A DNA stretch of 64,000 bases, from positions 148,159-212,158 of the forward strand of contig JAHFFE010000003.1 of assembly GCA_023248155.1 (NCBI GenBank), read 5' to 3'. Position numbers and translations under genes: made by a program. Under the pieces are notes generated by a model, which was not told the DNA's origin, made no database searches, and saw nothing but the letters and a program-made list of their open reading frames with translations. This stretch comes from Candidatus Omnitrophota bacterium (GTDB lineage Bacteria > Omnitrophota > Gorgyraeia > 1-14-0-20-64-10). Below, piece by piece: positions 27,057 through 37,615 of the stretch (position 1 is the stretch's first letter; each line of letters starts with the position of its first letter).

Positions 27057-28260
27057 CTCCCTTAAAGCCGTACGGGGCGGCGTAACGGCAGCCAAAGGAT
27101 TCACCGCCAGCGGCGTCTCCTGCGGACTGAAGAAACGGGGCAAGGATCTTGCGCTGATCGTTTCCGACCGGCCCGCACAGGCGGCCGGCACGCTGACGAT
27201 CAACCCGATGAAAGCGCCCTGCGTCGACTGGGCAAAAAAACTTCTGGCGCAGGGAACCGCGCGCGCCATCATCGCCAACAGCGGAAACGCCAACTGCTGC
27301 ACCGGAAAACAGGGCCGGAAAGATGCCGCGCGGACTGCCGCGTGGACTGCCGCCGCTCTGAAAATAAAACCGTCCGATGTTTTCATCGCATCGACCGGCG
27401 TTATCGGCCGGTTTCTGCCGATGGATAAAATGGATCAGGGAATCCGGGCCGCCGCAAAAACACTGGATACGCACGGCTCTCTCTCCGCGGCGCAGGCAAT
27501 CATGACGACCGACACTCGCCCCAAGGAAATCGCCATTCAATTCAAGATCGGCGGGAAACCGGTCACCGTCGGCGGCATCGCCAAAGGTTCCGGAATGATC
27601 GCGCCGAATATGGCCACGATGCTCGCGTTCCTGACAACCGATGCCTCCGTTGATGCCAAAACACTTCGGCAAATATTAAAATCACTGGTTCCCGAAACAT
27701 TTAACGCCATTACCGTAGACGGAGAGATGTCGACGAACGACATGGTAATCCTGCTGGCCAACGGCGCCTCCGTCACGCCGAAAATCAAACCGGGTTCCGC
27801 GGCGTACAAACAATTTTTCCAGGCCGTCGCCACCGTCTGCAGTTATCTCGCGCGGGAGATCGTGCGGGATGGAGAAGGGGTCACGCGGCTGTTCACCGTT
27901 TCGGTCACCGGCGCACGCAAACCGGCCGACGCGCAAAAAATCGCACAGCGGATCGCCAACTCGGCGCTGGTAAAAACAATGATCGCCGGACGGGACCCGA
28001 ACTGGGGCCGCATCGCCGCGGCCGCCGGCGCCACCGATGTTCCGATTGATGCTGAAAAAATCGCGATCCGAATCGGAAAAACCACCGTATTCAAAAATGG
28101 CGAACCGGCACGCATTCCAATCAGCCGGATATTAAAGGAAGTCGACCATCCGGAAGTTCCGATCCAGGTTGATCTGGGAATGGGCCGCGCCTCTGCTCGG
28201 ATCACCAGCGGCGATTTCACCGAAGATTACATTCGAATCAATGCCCGCTACACGACTTAA
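27043..28260 (+). CDS. argJ: Bifunctional glutamate N-acetyltransferase / amino-acid acetyltransferase
   Basis: 'GFTASGVSCGLKK.GKDLALI', autoproteolytic site 'ATMLAFLTTDA'. Confidence 0.9.
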   Translation: MKGNNSLKAVRGGVTAAKGFTASGVSCGLKKRGKDLALIVSDRPAQAAGTLTINPMKAPCVDWAKKLLAQGTARAIIANSGNANCCTGKQGRKDAARTAAWTAAALKIKPSDVFIASTGVIGRFLPMDKMDQGIRAAAKTLDTHGSLSAAQAIMTTDTRPKEIAIQFKIGGKPVTVGGIAKGSGMIAPNMATMLAFLTTDASVDAKTLRQILKSLVPETFNAITVDGEMSTNDMVILLANGASVTPKIKPGSAAYKQFFQAVATVCSYLAREIVRDGEGVTRLFTVSVTGARKPADAQKIAQRIANSALVKTMIAGRDPNWGRIAAAAGATDVPIDAEKIAIRIGKTTVFKNGEPARIPISRILKEVDHPEVPIQVDLGMGRASARITSGDFTEDYIRINARYTT

Positions 28261-29152
28261 AAAAAAATCGCCGACGCTGGCGCACCTGAAAATTCCGAAA
28301 GAGGTCATCCTGAAAGCAGATGTCCTCCTGGAGGCATTGCCTTATCTGCAGGCGTTCCGCGGAAAAACATTCGTGATTAAATACGGCGGATCGGCGCTGG
28401 CTGATCCAAAACAGCGGCGCGCGATTTTGCAGGATATTGTTTTTTTCAGCGTCGCCGGAATCCGGCCGGTGCTCGTGCATGGCGGCGGCCCCGAAATTTC
28501 CAAGCTGATGGCGAAAAGCGGAAAAGCGCCTAAATTTATCCAGGGTCTGCGCGTCACCGACGCCTCGACGCTGAAAATGGTGATGAACGCGCTCAAAGGA
28601 GTCAATCAATCGCTGATTTCTGAAATCCGACAGTTGGGCGGACGGGCGCAGGGATTAATGGGCTGGGAAAGTGATCTGCTGCGCGCTGAAAAGAAAATTG
28701 TTCCGGAAGGAGATTTGGGATTCGTCGGGAAAGTGACCGGTGTGAATACCGGCCCGATCCAGCGGCTGTTGGCGCTGGGCGCGATTCCGGTCGTGGTTCC
28801 TCTGGGAGCCGGATGGGACGGCCAGGCCTATAACATCAACGCCGATGAAGCGGCCTCGGCACTGGCGGCCGCGCTGAAAGCGGAAAAGTTTGTGCTGGTG
28901 ACCGATGTGCCGGGTATCCTGACCAATCCGAAAAATTTAAAATCGCTTCTGACCACCGTCACCGAAACAAAAGCGCTGGCGCTGATTAAAAAAGGGGTGA
29001 TTTCCGGCGGCATGATTCCGAAAACCAAAGCCTGCATCAACGCGCTGGAAGGCGGCGTCAAGAAAACCCACATGATCGATGTGGAAATTCCACACGGCCT
29101 GATCCTGGAAATTTTCACCGATAAAGGGATCGGAACGGAGATTACGCAATGA
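28241..29152 (+). CDS. argB: Acetylglutamate kinase
   Basis: 'KTFVIKYGGSA', 'VLVHGGGPEI' amino-acid kinase motifs; ATG at 28241 overlaps argJ end. Confidence 0.9.
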   Translation: MPATRLKKKSPTLAHLKIPKEVILKADVLLEALPYLQAFRGKTFVIKYGGSALADPKQRRAILQDIVFFSVAGIRPVLVHGGGPEISKLMAKSGKAPKFIQGLRVTDASTLKMVMNALKGVNQSLISEIRQLGGRAQGLMGWESDLLRAEKKIVPEGDLGFVGKVTGVNTGPIQRLLALGAIPVVVPLGAGWDGQAYNINADEAASALAAALKAEKFVLVTDVPGILTNPKNLKSLLTTVTETKALALIKKGVISGGMIPKTKACINALEGGVKKTHMIDVEIPHGLILEIFTDKGIGTEITQ

Positions 29153-30345
29153 CCAGCACCGCGATTGAAAAATTATACAACCGGTTCGTGATGCCGACCT
29201 ACAACCGGCTCGGCATTACCATCGCGCGCGGCAAAGGATCGTTCCTGTGGGATACCGATGGGAAAAAATATCTCGATCTGTTTCCGGGATGGGGCACCAC
29301 GGCGCTCGGCTATTGCCACCCGGCCGTTACAAAAGCGGTACGCAGCCAGGTCGGAGAACTGGTTCATGTTCCAAACAGTTTTTACAACGAGCCTCAGGCA
29401 CTGTTCGCCAAAGCGCTGATCGAAAGCAGCTTCCCGGGCAAAGTATTCTTTTGCAACAGCGGCGCCGAAACGGTCGAATCGGCCATCAAGCTGGCGCGGC
29501 GGTACGGCAACGGCAAACGGACAGAAATCCTTTCAATGACGCAATCGTTCCACGGACGGACGATGGGCGCGCTGGCGGCAACCGGTCAGTCGAAATACAG
29601 CAAGGTTTTCGAACCGATGCTGCCCGGATTCAAGCATCTTCCGTTTAACGACCTGAATGCCGTCAAGAAAGCGGCCGGCCCGAAAACCGCAGCCGTTTTA
29701 ATCGAGGTGATCCAGGGCGAGGGCGGAATTCATGTCGCCTCGGCATCCTACATTCGCGGCCTGCGGAAACTCTGCACGCAAAAGAAAATGCTGCTGATCT
29801 TTGATGAGGTTTCCACCGGAATGGGACGAACCGGAACGCTGTATGCCTATCAGCATTACGGCGTGAAGCCGGACATTTTGCTGCTGGCGAAACCGGCAGC
29901 CGGCGGACTTCCGATCGGCATGATGATTGCCGCGAAACCGTACGCCGACCTGCTGGAAAAAGGAACACATGCCACCACATTCGGCGGCAACCCATTGGTG
30001 ACCGCGGCGGGACTGGCCACGCTGAATACCGTCTGGAAAGGACCCGTTCTGGCGCAGGCGCGCAAACGGTCGCAGCAGCTGTTCGCAGGATTAAAGAAAC
30101 TTCAGAAACAGCATTCCATTATTAAGGAAATCCGGGGACGGGGTCTGATGGTCGGAATTGAACTAACGATGCCGGGCAGCGCGGTAATACAGGAAGCGGC
30201 GCGGCGGGGACTGTTGTTCAACTGCACGCAGGAAAAAGTGCTGCGAATGTATCCGGCGCTGACGATTTCCGAAAAAGAGCTGGCCCAGGGACTGCGAATT
30301 CTTGATCAGTCATTGGCGGCCGCAGTAAGGAAAACATCCAAATGA
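29149..30345 (+). CDS. argD: Acetylornithine aminotransferase
   Basis: Class-III aminotransferase; 'LIFDEVSTGMGRTG' PLP-Lys region; ATGA coupling. Confidence 0.85.
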   Translation: MTSTAIEKLYNRFVMPTYNRLGITIARGKGSFLWDTDGKKYLDLFPGWGTTALGYCHPAVTKAVRSQVGELVHVPNSFYNEPQALFAKALIESSFPGKVFFCNSGAETVESAIKLARRYGNGKRTEILSMTQSFHGRTMGALAATGQSKYSKVFEPMLPGFKHLPFNDLNAVKKAAGPKTAAVLIEVIQGEGGIHVASASYIRGLRKLCTQKKMLLIFDEVSTGMGRTGTLYAYQHYGVKPDILLLAKPAAGGLPIGMMIAAKPYADLLEKGTHATTFGGNPLVTAAGLATLNTVWKGPVLAQARKRSQQLFAGLKKLQKQHSIIKEIRGRGLMVGIELTMPGSAVIQEAARRGLLFNCTQEKVLRMYPALTISEKELAQGLRILDQSLAAAVRKTSK

Positions 30346-31259
30346 AACCAACTCATCTTGTTTCAATTCAGGATTTAAACAGCCGGCAGTTATTGGAACT
30401 GTTAAAAAATGCGCGCGCGATGAAAAAAGCGAAGAAGCCGTCGCGCAAGCTGGCCGGAAAAACACTGGGACTGATTTTTCAGAAGCCGTCGGTCCGGACC
30501 CGCGTTTCATTCGAAGTCGGCATGGGACAATTGGGCGGACAAAGTCTTTACATCGGACCGGTTGAATTGGAGCAGGGCAAGCGGGAATCGGCCAAAGATA
30601 TGGCGCTGGTGCTGTCGCGCTATCTGGACGCTATCGTTACGCGGACTTTTTCGCATTCGGATGTCGTGGAGATGGCCGAAGTTTCTTCAGTACCGGTGAT
30701 CAACGGACTTTCCGATGAAAGTCACCCGTGCCAGGCGCTGGCCGATCTGCTGACGGTTCAGGAAAGAACCGGAAAACTGGCCGGCGTTCCGATCGCCTAT
30801 GTCGGCGACGGCAATAATGTCTGCCACTCTTTGATGGAATCTTGCGCGCTGGCCGGAGCAAAATTATCGATCGCCACGCCGAAAGGATACGCGCCCGATC
30901 CAAAAATCACCGGCTGGTCGAAACAGCAGGCCAAAAAAACGGGCGGGCAGATACTGCTGACCGAAGATCCCGTGGAAGCGGTGCACGGCGCGCGCGTCGT
31001 TTACACCGATGTCTGGACCAGCATGGGACAAGAGAAGGAAAAGGCCGAGCGAATCCGGATTTTTAACCCGTATCAGGTCAACGAATCATTGATGCGCAAA
31101 GCGGCGCCGAACGCCTGGTTTATGCACTGCCTTCCGGCGCACCGGGGCGAAGAAGTAACGGGCGCTGTCATCGACAGTCCCCGGTCGATCGTGTATGATC
31201 AAGCGGAGAATCGCATGCACGCGCAAAAAGCGGTATTATTAATGTTGCTGGAACGATGA
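30342..31259 (+). CDS. argF: Ornithine carbamoyltransferase
   Basis: 'SVRTRVSFE' (STRTR), OTC-specific 'DVWTSMGQE' and 'HCLP' motifs. Confidence 0.88.
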   Translation: MKPTHLVSIQDLNSRQLLELLKNARAMKKAKKPSRKLAGKTLGLIFQKPSVRTRVSFEVGMGQLGGQSLYIGPVELEQGKRESAKDMALVLSRYLDAIVTRTFSHSDVVEMAEVSSVPVINGLSDESHPCQALADLLTVQERTGKLAGVPIAYVGDGNNVCHSLMESCALAGAKLSIATPKGYAPDPKITGWSKQQAKKTGGQILLTEDPVEAVHGARVVYTDVWTSMGQEKEKAERIRIFNPYQVNESLMRKAAPNAWFMHCLPAHRGEEVTGAVIDSPRSIVYDQAENRMHAQKAVLLMLLER

Positions 31260-32464
31260 CGATGAAACCTACTTTAAAGAAAAAACAGAAAGTAATTCTG
31301 GCCTATTCGGGCGGACTCGATACGTCGGTCTGCATCCATTGGCTGTCGGCGCGCGGATACAGCGTCGTCGGATTCTGCGTGGATGTAGGCCAGGGCATCG
31401 CTGAGAATTTCAGCGTAATCAAGAAACGGGGCCTGGCCTGCGGCGCAGAAAAAATCGTAATTCAGGATCTGCGCGAATCGTTCGCTGAAGACTACATTCT
31501 TCCAGCGCTGAAAGCCGGCGCGATTTACGAAGGAAAATATCTGCTGGCCACGGCATTGAGCCGGCCGCTGATCGCCAAAGCACTGGCCGAGACCGCGCAG
31601 AAAGAAAAAGCAACGGCCGTCGCTCACGGATGCACCGGAAAAGGAAACGACCAGGTCCGGATTGAAGTATCGCTGCGCGTGCTCAATCCGAAATTAAATA
31701 TTCTGGCGCCGGTCCGGGAATGGGAAATGAAATCGCGGCAGGAAGAAATGGACTACGCGAAAAGAAAGCGGATCCCGATCCCGCCGAAGAAAGATTCGGT
31801 CTATTCGCTCGATCAGAACCTCTGGGGAATCGCCATTGAAAGCGGACCGTTGGAAGATCCCTGGAACGAGCCTCCGGCGGAAGCCTATCGCTGGACAACC
31901 GACCCGGCCAAAGCTCCCAACAAACCGGATTATGTGACAATTGAATTTAATCGCGGCAAGCCGGTGAAATTAAACGGACGGTCGCTTCCGTTCATCAAAA
32001 TCATCGAAACACTCAACGCCACCGGCGCGCGCCACGGCGTCGGCCGGGTCGATATGATTGAAGACCGGCTCGTCGGTATTAAATCACGCGAAGTCTATGA
32101 AGCACCGGCCGCCACGATTTTGCATTTGGCGCACAAAGAGCTGGAACATCTGACGCTCGACCGGGAAATGTTGTCGTTTAAGGAAGGGATTGCGCAGCGC
32201 TATTCACGGCTGATTTACGACGGGCTTTGGTTTACACCATTGAAAACGGCGTTCGACGCGTTCGTTGAATCGACGCAAAAAACAGTGACGGGCCAGGTGA
32301 AGGTCAAGCTGTTCAAAGGAACGGCCATGCCGGTCGCCCGGAAATCACCCTATTCGCGCTACGCCGAATCGCTGGCTACTTATTCCGGCAAAGATCTATT
32401 CGACCAGAAAGCGGCCGCCGGATTTATCGCGCTCTGGGGACTGCCGTACATCAAACACCGATGA
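31256..32464 (+). CDS. argG: Argininosuccinate synthase
   Basis: 'AYSGGLDTSV' PP-loop, 'GCTGKGNDQVR'. Confidence 0.92.
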   Translation: MTMKPTLKKKQKVILAYSGGLDTSVCIHWLSARGYSVVGFCVDVGQGIAENFSVIKKRGLACGAEKIVIQDLRESFAEDYILPALKAGAIYEGKYLLATALSRPLIAKALAETAQKEKATAVAHGCTGKGNDQVRIEVSLRVLNPKLNILAPVREWEMKSRQEEMDYAKRKRIPIPPKKDSVYSLDQNLWGIAIESGPLEDPWNEPPAEAYRWTTDPAKAPNKPDYVTIEFNRGKPVKLNGRSLPFIKIIETLNATGARHGVGRVDMIEDRLVGIKSREVYEAPAATILHLAHKELEHLTLDREMLSFKEGIAQRYSRLIYDGLWFTPLKTAFDAFVESTQKTVTGQVKVKLFKGTAMPVARKSPYSRYAESLATYSGKDLFDQKAAAGFIALWGLPYIKHR

Positions 32465-33843
32465 GCCAATCCAAGTTGTGGGGTGGGCGGTTCACAAAAC
32501 CGACAGCCAAAGCAGTGGAACGGTTCACGCATTCGCTGGAAATCGACCGGCGGATCGGCCGGGAAGATATTACCGGTTCGATCGCCCATGCGCGAATGCT
32601 CGGCAAACAAAAAATCATTCCATCGGCTGACGCCAAAAAACTGGTCGCATCGCTTCAAAAACTTCTGAAAGACTGGGACGCCGGAAAAGTACGCCTGGAC
32701 CCCGCTGCCGAAGATATTCATACCGTCATCCAGAAAGAAATCGAGAAGCGGGCCGGAAAAAGTGCCGGCCGGCTTCACACGGCACGATCACGCAACGACC
32801 AGGTAGTCACCGCCTTTAAACTGCATTGCAATGAGCGGCTTGAATTAATCGAGCTGCAGTTAAAATCGCTGCAGCAGGCAATCCTCACTCAGGCGCAGAA
32901 AAACCAGACACTGTTGATGCCCGGCTATACGCATTGGCGGCACGCGCAGCCGATTATGGTTTCTCACTTGCTGTTAAGCTATGTCACGATGCTGCAGCGC
33001 GACAGGGAACGGATCGCCGATGCCGTCAGGCGGATGATGTCACAGCTGCCGCTGGGCGCATGCGCGCTGACCGGAACAGGACTTAAAACCAACCGCTTGG
33101 CCGTCGCCAAAGAACTTGGATTCTCGGGCATCAGTATGAATTCGATCGATGCCGTTTCCGACCGCGATTTCGCGGCTGAAATATTATCGGCGCTGTCGAT
33201 CACCGGCATTCATGGTTCGCGGATCGCCGAGGAATTGATTCTCTGGTCGACCGAAGAGTTCGGCTTTCTCCACTTTGAAGAATCGCTGCTGACGGGCAGT
33301 TCGATGATGCCGCAAAAACAGAATCCTGATTTCCTGGAGCTGGTGCGCGGCAGTTCGGCCTGCATCATCGGCCGCTTAACCGGATTGCTGACGCTGTTGA
33401 AAGGGCTTTCGTCCGGATACAACCGGGACCTTCAGCTGGACAAGGAAATCGTTCTGGATGCGTTCGATAAGATCGACGGCATCCTCTCAGTGCTGATTCT
33501 CGGATTCAATGGAATCCGGTTCAACCGAATACGAATGGAACGGCAATTGGCCGACGAATCGCTCTATGCGACCGACCTGGCCGAATACCTGGTACAGAAA
33601 GGCCTGCCTTTCTCGGAAGCGCACCGGGCCGTCGGACAATTACTGGCCTATGCCGATAAAAATAACCAGTCGTTAAAAACATTGCCGCTTTCGGTTTACC
33701 GGAAATTTTCAAACCGGTTTGGGCCGGATGCCGCGCGGCTGATCAACCCGACCGTTTCCGTATCGCGAAAACAATCGGCCGGAAGCACCAATCCGGGCCA
33801 GGTCCGGCAGCAGATTGCCGCCTGGAAGAAAGCACTGCGGTAA
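32461..33843 (+). CDS. argH: Argininosuccinate lyase
   Basis: 'LWGGRF', 'GSSMMPQKQNPD' fumarate-lyase signature. Confidence 0.92.
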   Translation: MSQSKLWGGRFTKPTAKAVERFTHSLEIDRRIGREDITGSIAHARMLGKQKIIPSADAKKLVASLQKLLKDWDAGKVRLDPAAEDIHTVIQKEIEKRAGKSAGRLHTARSRNDQVVTAFKLHCNERLELIELQLKSLQQAILTQAQKNQTLLMPGYTHWRHAQPIMVSHLLLSYVTMLQRDRERIADAVRRMMSQLPLGACALTGTGLKTNRLAVAKELGFSGISMNSIDAVSDRDFAAEILSALSITGIHGSRIAEELILWSTEEFGFLHFEESLLTGSSMMPQKQNPDFLELVRGSSACIIGRLTGLLTLLKGLSSGYNRDLQLDKEIVLDAFDKIDGILSVLILGFNGIRFNRIRMERQLADESLYATDLAEYLVQKGLPFSEAHRAVGQLLAYADKNNQSLKTLPLSVYRKFSNRFGPDAARLINPTVSVSRKQSAGSTNPGQVRQQIAAWKKALR

Positions 33844-33851
33844 AACCTCCG

Positions 33852-35114
33852 ATGCGCCATCAATTCAATTACCGCAACCAACAGCTGTGGTGCGAAAAAT
33901 CCAGCGTAGCCGAGATCGTCAAGAAAACGGGAACGCCGGCCTACCTCTACAGCTATTTCTCGATAGTCGATCATTTCCGGCAAGTGCAGAAAGCGTTTAA
34001 GCCGGTCAATGCGTTAATCTGTTTTGCTGTGAAATCCAACAGCAACATTGCGGTCTGCCGCGCATTGGTGAAAGCCGGTTCCGGATGCGATGTCGTATCG
34101 GGCGGGGAACTGATCCGCGCGCTGAAAGCCGGCGCCAACCCAAAAAAAATCGTCTACGCCTCGGTCGGAAAAACCGATCGCGAAATCGAGCAGGCGGTGC
34201 GCGCCGGAATTTTGCTCTTCAATGTTGAATCGGAACAGGAACTGGGCCGGATCGACCGGATCTGCGCGCGCTTAAAGAAAAAACAGAAGGTCAATTTACG
34301 GATGAACCCGGAAGTTGATCCGCACACACACCATTTCATCACGACGGGGCATAAAGCCAGCAAGTTCGGCATCGACATGCCGACCGTCGAGAAACTGCTG
34401 GCGAATACAAAACGATACCCACACCTGATCTTCGCCGGAATCCATATTCATATCGGATCACAAATATTAGAAGCCCGTCCGTTCAAGGCTGCCATCGGCA
34501 AAGCGCTGGCCGTCATCGCGCGCGGCCGGAAGAACGGTGCGCCGATTGAATACCTGAACATCGGCGGCGGCCTGGGAATCATCTACAAAAAAGAAAAACC
34601 GCAGAAGCCGTCTGATTACGCAAAAAAAGTGCTCCCGCTGCTGAAGAAAAGCGGTTTAAAAATTATTCTGGAACCGGGCCGGTTTATTGTCGGCAACAGC
34701 GGCATCCTGGTAACGCGCGTGGTTTATATCAAAAACAGCCACGGCAAAAAATTCGCGATCGTCGATGCCGGCATGAACGATCTGGTGCGGCCAAGCCTTT
34801 ATGGCGCCTATCATGAAATCCAGCCGGTACTAACAAAACCGGGCAGTAAAAAAGGGCGTTACGACATCGTCGGGCCGGTCTGTGAAAGCGGCGACTTCTT
34901 CGCGAAGGACCGGACGCTGCCGCAGCTCGAAGCGGGCGACTTAATCTCAATCTTCAGCGCCGGCGCGTACGGATTCGTAATGGCCAGTAATTACAATACG
35001 CGGCCGAAACCGGTTGAGATCCTCGTGCACGGCAAACGGTGGGATATTATCCGCAAAAGAGAAACGATCGACGATCTGCTGCGCGGCGAAAAAATCCCAG
35101 CCTGGCTGAAATGA
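33852..35114 (+). CDS. lysA: Diaminopimelate decarboxylase
   Basis: PLP-Lys 'CFAVKSN', 'GGGLGI', 'EPGR', 'CESGD' motifs. Confidence 0.9.
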   Translation: MRHQFNYRNQQLWCEKSSVAEIVKKTGTPAYLYSYFSIVDHFRQVQKAFKPVNALICFAVKSNSNIAVCRALVKAGSGCDVVSGGELIRALKAGANPKKIVYASVGKTDREIEQAVRAGILLFNVESEQELGRIDRICARLKKKQKVNLRMNPEVDPHTHHFITTGHKASKFGIDMPTVEKLLANTKRYPHLIFAGIHIHIGSQILEARPFKAAIGKALAVIARGRKNGAPIEYLNIGGGLGIIYKKEKPQKPSDYAKKVLPLLKKSGLKIILEPGRFIVGNSGILVTRVVYIKNSHGKKFAIVDAGMNDLVRPSLYGAYHEIQPVLTKPGSKKGRYDIVGPVCESGDFFAKDRTLPQLEAGDLISIFSAGAYGFVMASNYNTRPKPVEILVHGKRWDIIRKRETIDDLLRGEKIPAWLK

Positions 35115-35932
35115 AACCGCTCCTGTTTATTAAAACGGTCGGCACCGGCAACGATTTTATTTTGATCGACGGCCGCAAATCGGTTCTGCCATCCAATCTG
35201 CCGGCATTTGCGAAACAGCAATGCCATCGCCAGCGCGGCATCGGCGCCGACGGCATCTTAGTCGTTGCGCGCTCCAAAAAAGCGGACGCGCGGATGCTGA
35301 TTTATAACGCCGACGGAAGCCAGGCCGGCATGTGCGGCAACGGCCTGCGCTGTTTCGTCTGGTATCTGCATCAGACCGCCAAAAAGAAAGCTCTCTCCAA
35401 AGAATGGACGATTGAAACGGGAGCGGGGCTGATGAAAGCACGCGTGGTCGGGCCGGAATCGGTCCGGATCTTTTTGCGTCCGCCGCACGGTCTTCGGCTC
35501 GGCATGAAATTAATGGCGGCCGGAAAAAAATGGGAATTCCATTCCGTCAACACCGGCGTTCCGCACGCGGTCACATTGCAGCAGAAACTCACTGCGCTGG
35601 ATATGACAAAGCTCGGCCCGGCCATTCGTTATCACGCCCAATTCAAACCGGCCGGCACCAATGTGAACGCGGTGCGCATCGATTCGACGCGCCAGATCTC
35701 CGTGCGAACGTACGAACGCGGTGTGGAAGGGGAAACACTGGCCTGCGGCACCGGTTCGGTCGCCTCGGCCATCGTCTCAGCTTTACTTGGAAAAGTGCAG
35801 CCGCCGGTCCGGATCAAAACATCCGGAGGAGAATGGCTGACAGTCGGCTTTAAACACGGTAAAATTCCATTTGAAGGTCTTTACTTGCAGGGGCCGGTAC
35901 AAATCACATTTCACGGAGAGATTGAACGATGA
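35111..35932 (+). CDS. dapF: Diaminopimelate epimerase
   Basis: 'GTGNDFILID', 'NADGSQAGMCGNG', 'ACGTGS' catalytic Cys motifs; ATGA overlap with lysA. Confidence 0.88.
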   Translation: MKPLLFIKTVGTGNDFILIDGRKSVLPSNLPAFAKQQCHRQRGIGADGILVVARSKKADARMLIYNADGSQAGMCGNGLRCFVWYLHQTAKKKALSKEWTIETGAGLMKARVVGPESVRIFLRPPHGLRLGMKLMAAGKKWEFHSVNTGVPHAVTLQQKLTALDMTKLGPAIRYHAQFKPAGTNVNAVRIDSTRQISVRTYERGVEGETLACGTGSVASAIVSALLGKVQPPVRIKTSGGEWLTVGFKHGKIPFEGLYLQGPVQITFHGEIER

Positions 35933-36813
35933 AAATGCTGAGAGGATCGATGGTCGCGCTGATCACGCCGTTTCGCAACGGCCGCCTGGATCTGCCGACG
36001 CTCCGTAAACTGGTGGAGTTCCATGTCCGCTCCGGCACCTCCGGTATCGTCCCATGCGGCACGACCGGTGAATCAGCCACGCTCTCGCACCAGGAACATG
36101 ACCTGGTCATTGAAGAAATCATTCGCGCGGCACGCGGCCGGGTGGCCGTGATCGCCGGAACCGGTTCCAACAACACGCAGGAAGCGATTCGGCTGACGCG
36201 GCACGCGCAGCAGGCCGGCGCCGACGGCGCGCTGGTCATCTCTCCTTATTACAACAAACCGACGCAGGAAGGGCTTTACCGGCATTTCAAAGCGGTCGCC
36301 GAATCGGTAAAAATTCCGCTGGTGATCTACAACATCGCTTCCCGCACCGGCGTGAATATCGAACCGGAAACTTTCGGACGGCTGGCCAAAATCAAGAACA
36401 TCGCCGGTGTGAAAGAATCGAGCGGCAACCTGGAACAGATGGCGCGCATCAAAGCGGCCGCCGGAGAAAAATTCGCGCTGATGTCCGGCGACGACGGCGT
36501 CACGCTGCCGGTGCTCTCGATCGGCGGAACAGGAATCATTTCAGTGATCGCGAACATCGTTCCGAAACCGGTGGCACGGATGGTCGCCGCGTATGAGCGC
36601 GGCCGGATTGCTGAAGCGCGCAAAATCCATTATTCACTGCTGGCGATCACAAAAACGATGTTCATCGAAACCAACCCGATCCCGGTCAAGACAGCGATGG
36701 GTCTGATGAAACTGATTCCAGACGCGAGCCTGCGCCTGCCGATGTGCCCGCCTACCGAGGCGCATCTGGCGAAAATCAAAGAGACGCTGCGCGCTTACCG
36801 GTTAATCCGGTGA
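35929..36813 (+). CDS. dapA: 4-hydroxy-tetrahydrodipicolinate synthase
   Basis: 'GSMVALITPF', 'GIVPCGTTGESATL', Schiff-base Lys in 'GVKES'. Confidence 0.9.
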   Translation: MKMLRGSMVALITPFRNGRLDLPTLRKLVEFHVRSGTSGIVPCGTTGESATLSHQEHDLVIEEIIRAARGRVAVIAGTGSNNTQEAIRLTRHAQQAGADGALVISPYYNKPTQEGLYRHFKAVAESVKIPLVIYNIASRTGVNIEPETFGRLAKIKNIAGVKESSGNLEQMARIKAAAGEKFALMSGDDGVTLPVLSIGGTGIISVIANIVPKPVARMVAAYERGRIAEARKIHYSLLAITKTMFIETNPIPVKTAMGLMKLIPDASLRLPMCPPTEAHLAKIKETLRAYRLIR

Positions 36814-36823
36814 TGTTCCGCCG

Positions 36824-37615
36824 ATGACACCTTCTAAAATCCGGTTGATCATCAACGGCTGCCGAGGCCGCATGGGTACGCTGCTGGTTGAAGAAGCGCT
36901 CAAGCATCCGTCTGTTTTTGACCTGGTCGGCGTAACCGAATATGCGGAACATCCGGAAATCGGGAAACCGCTGCCGCAAAAACCGGAACTGAAAATCAGC
37001 GGCTCGATTAAAGAGCTGCTTCCCAAAGCCGATCTGATGATTGAATTCACCACGGTGGAAAGCACACTCTGCCACGCGAAAGAAGCGTCCGCCGCGCATG
37101 TCGCGATGGTGATCGGAACCACCGGTTTTACCGCCGACCAATTCGAACAACTCAAACAGTATGCGCGGCATACACCAATTTTCTGGTCGCCGAATATGTC
37201 GATCGGCATTGTGATCATCCGCCGGACGATTGCGGCTGTCTCGCAGCTGCTCGCGCAGTTTGGCCTGTCGGAACAAACCCACATTCAATTATCAGAAACG
37301 CATCACACCAAAAAACTGGATAAGCCGAGCGGCACCGCCAAAGCGCTCGCGCAGGAAGTATTCCAGTCGACCGGATGGCTGATCAAGGATGAAGAGATCG
37401 AAGCCCGGAGGGAAGGAGATGTCGTCGGCGTTCATTCGGTTGTCTTTCAATGCCCATCGGAAAATCTGACACTGACGCATGAAGCGACCGACCGCCGCGT
37501 TTTTGCGCAGGGAGCGCTGCTGATCGCGCAACACCTGCGCCATCTCTGCGAAAAATCGGGATGGGTCACGATGGACGATGTGGTTACGGCGCTTCAAAAG
37601 AAAACAAAACAATGA
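36824..37615 (+). CDS. dapB: 4-hydroxy-tetrahydrodipicolinate reductase
   Basis: 'INGCRGRMG' NAD(P)-binding N-terminus, 'ETHHTKKLDKPSGTA' DapB signature. Confidence 0.88.
   Translation: MTPSKIRLIINGCRGRMGTLLVEEALKHPSVFDLVGVTEYAEHPEIGKPLPQKPELKISGSIKELLPKADLMIEFTTVESTLCHAKEASAAHVAMVIGTTGFTADQFEQLKQYARHTPIFWSPNMSIGIVIIRRTIAAVSQLLAQFGLSEQTHIQLSETHHTKKLDKPSGTAKALAQEVFQSTGWLIKDEEIEARREGDVVGVHSVVFQCPSENLTLTHEATDRRVFAQGALLIAQHLRHLCEKSGWVTMDDVVTALQKKTKQ

Noticed and set aside
26866-27672. 268-aa minus-strand ORF
   Set aside because: Antisense to argC/argJ.
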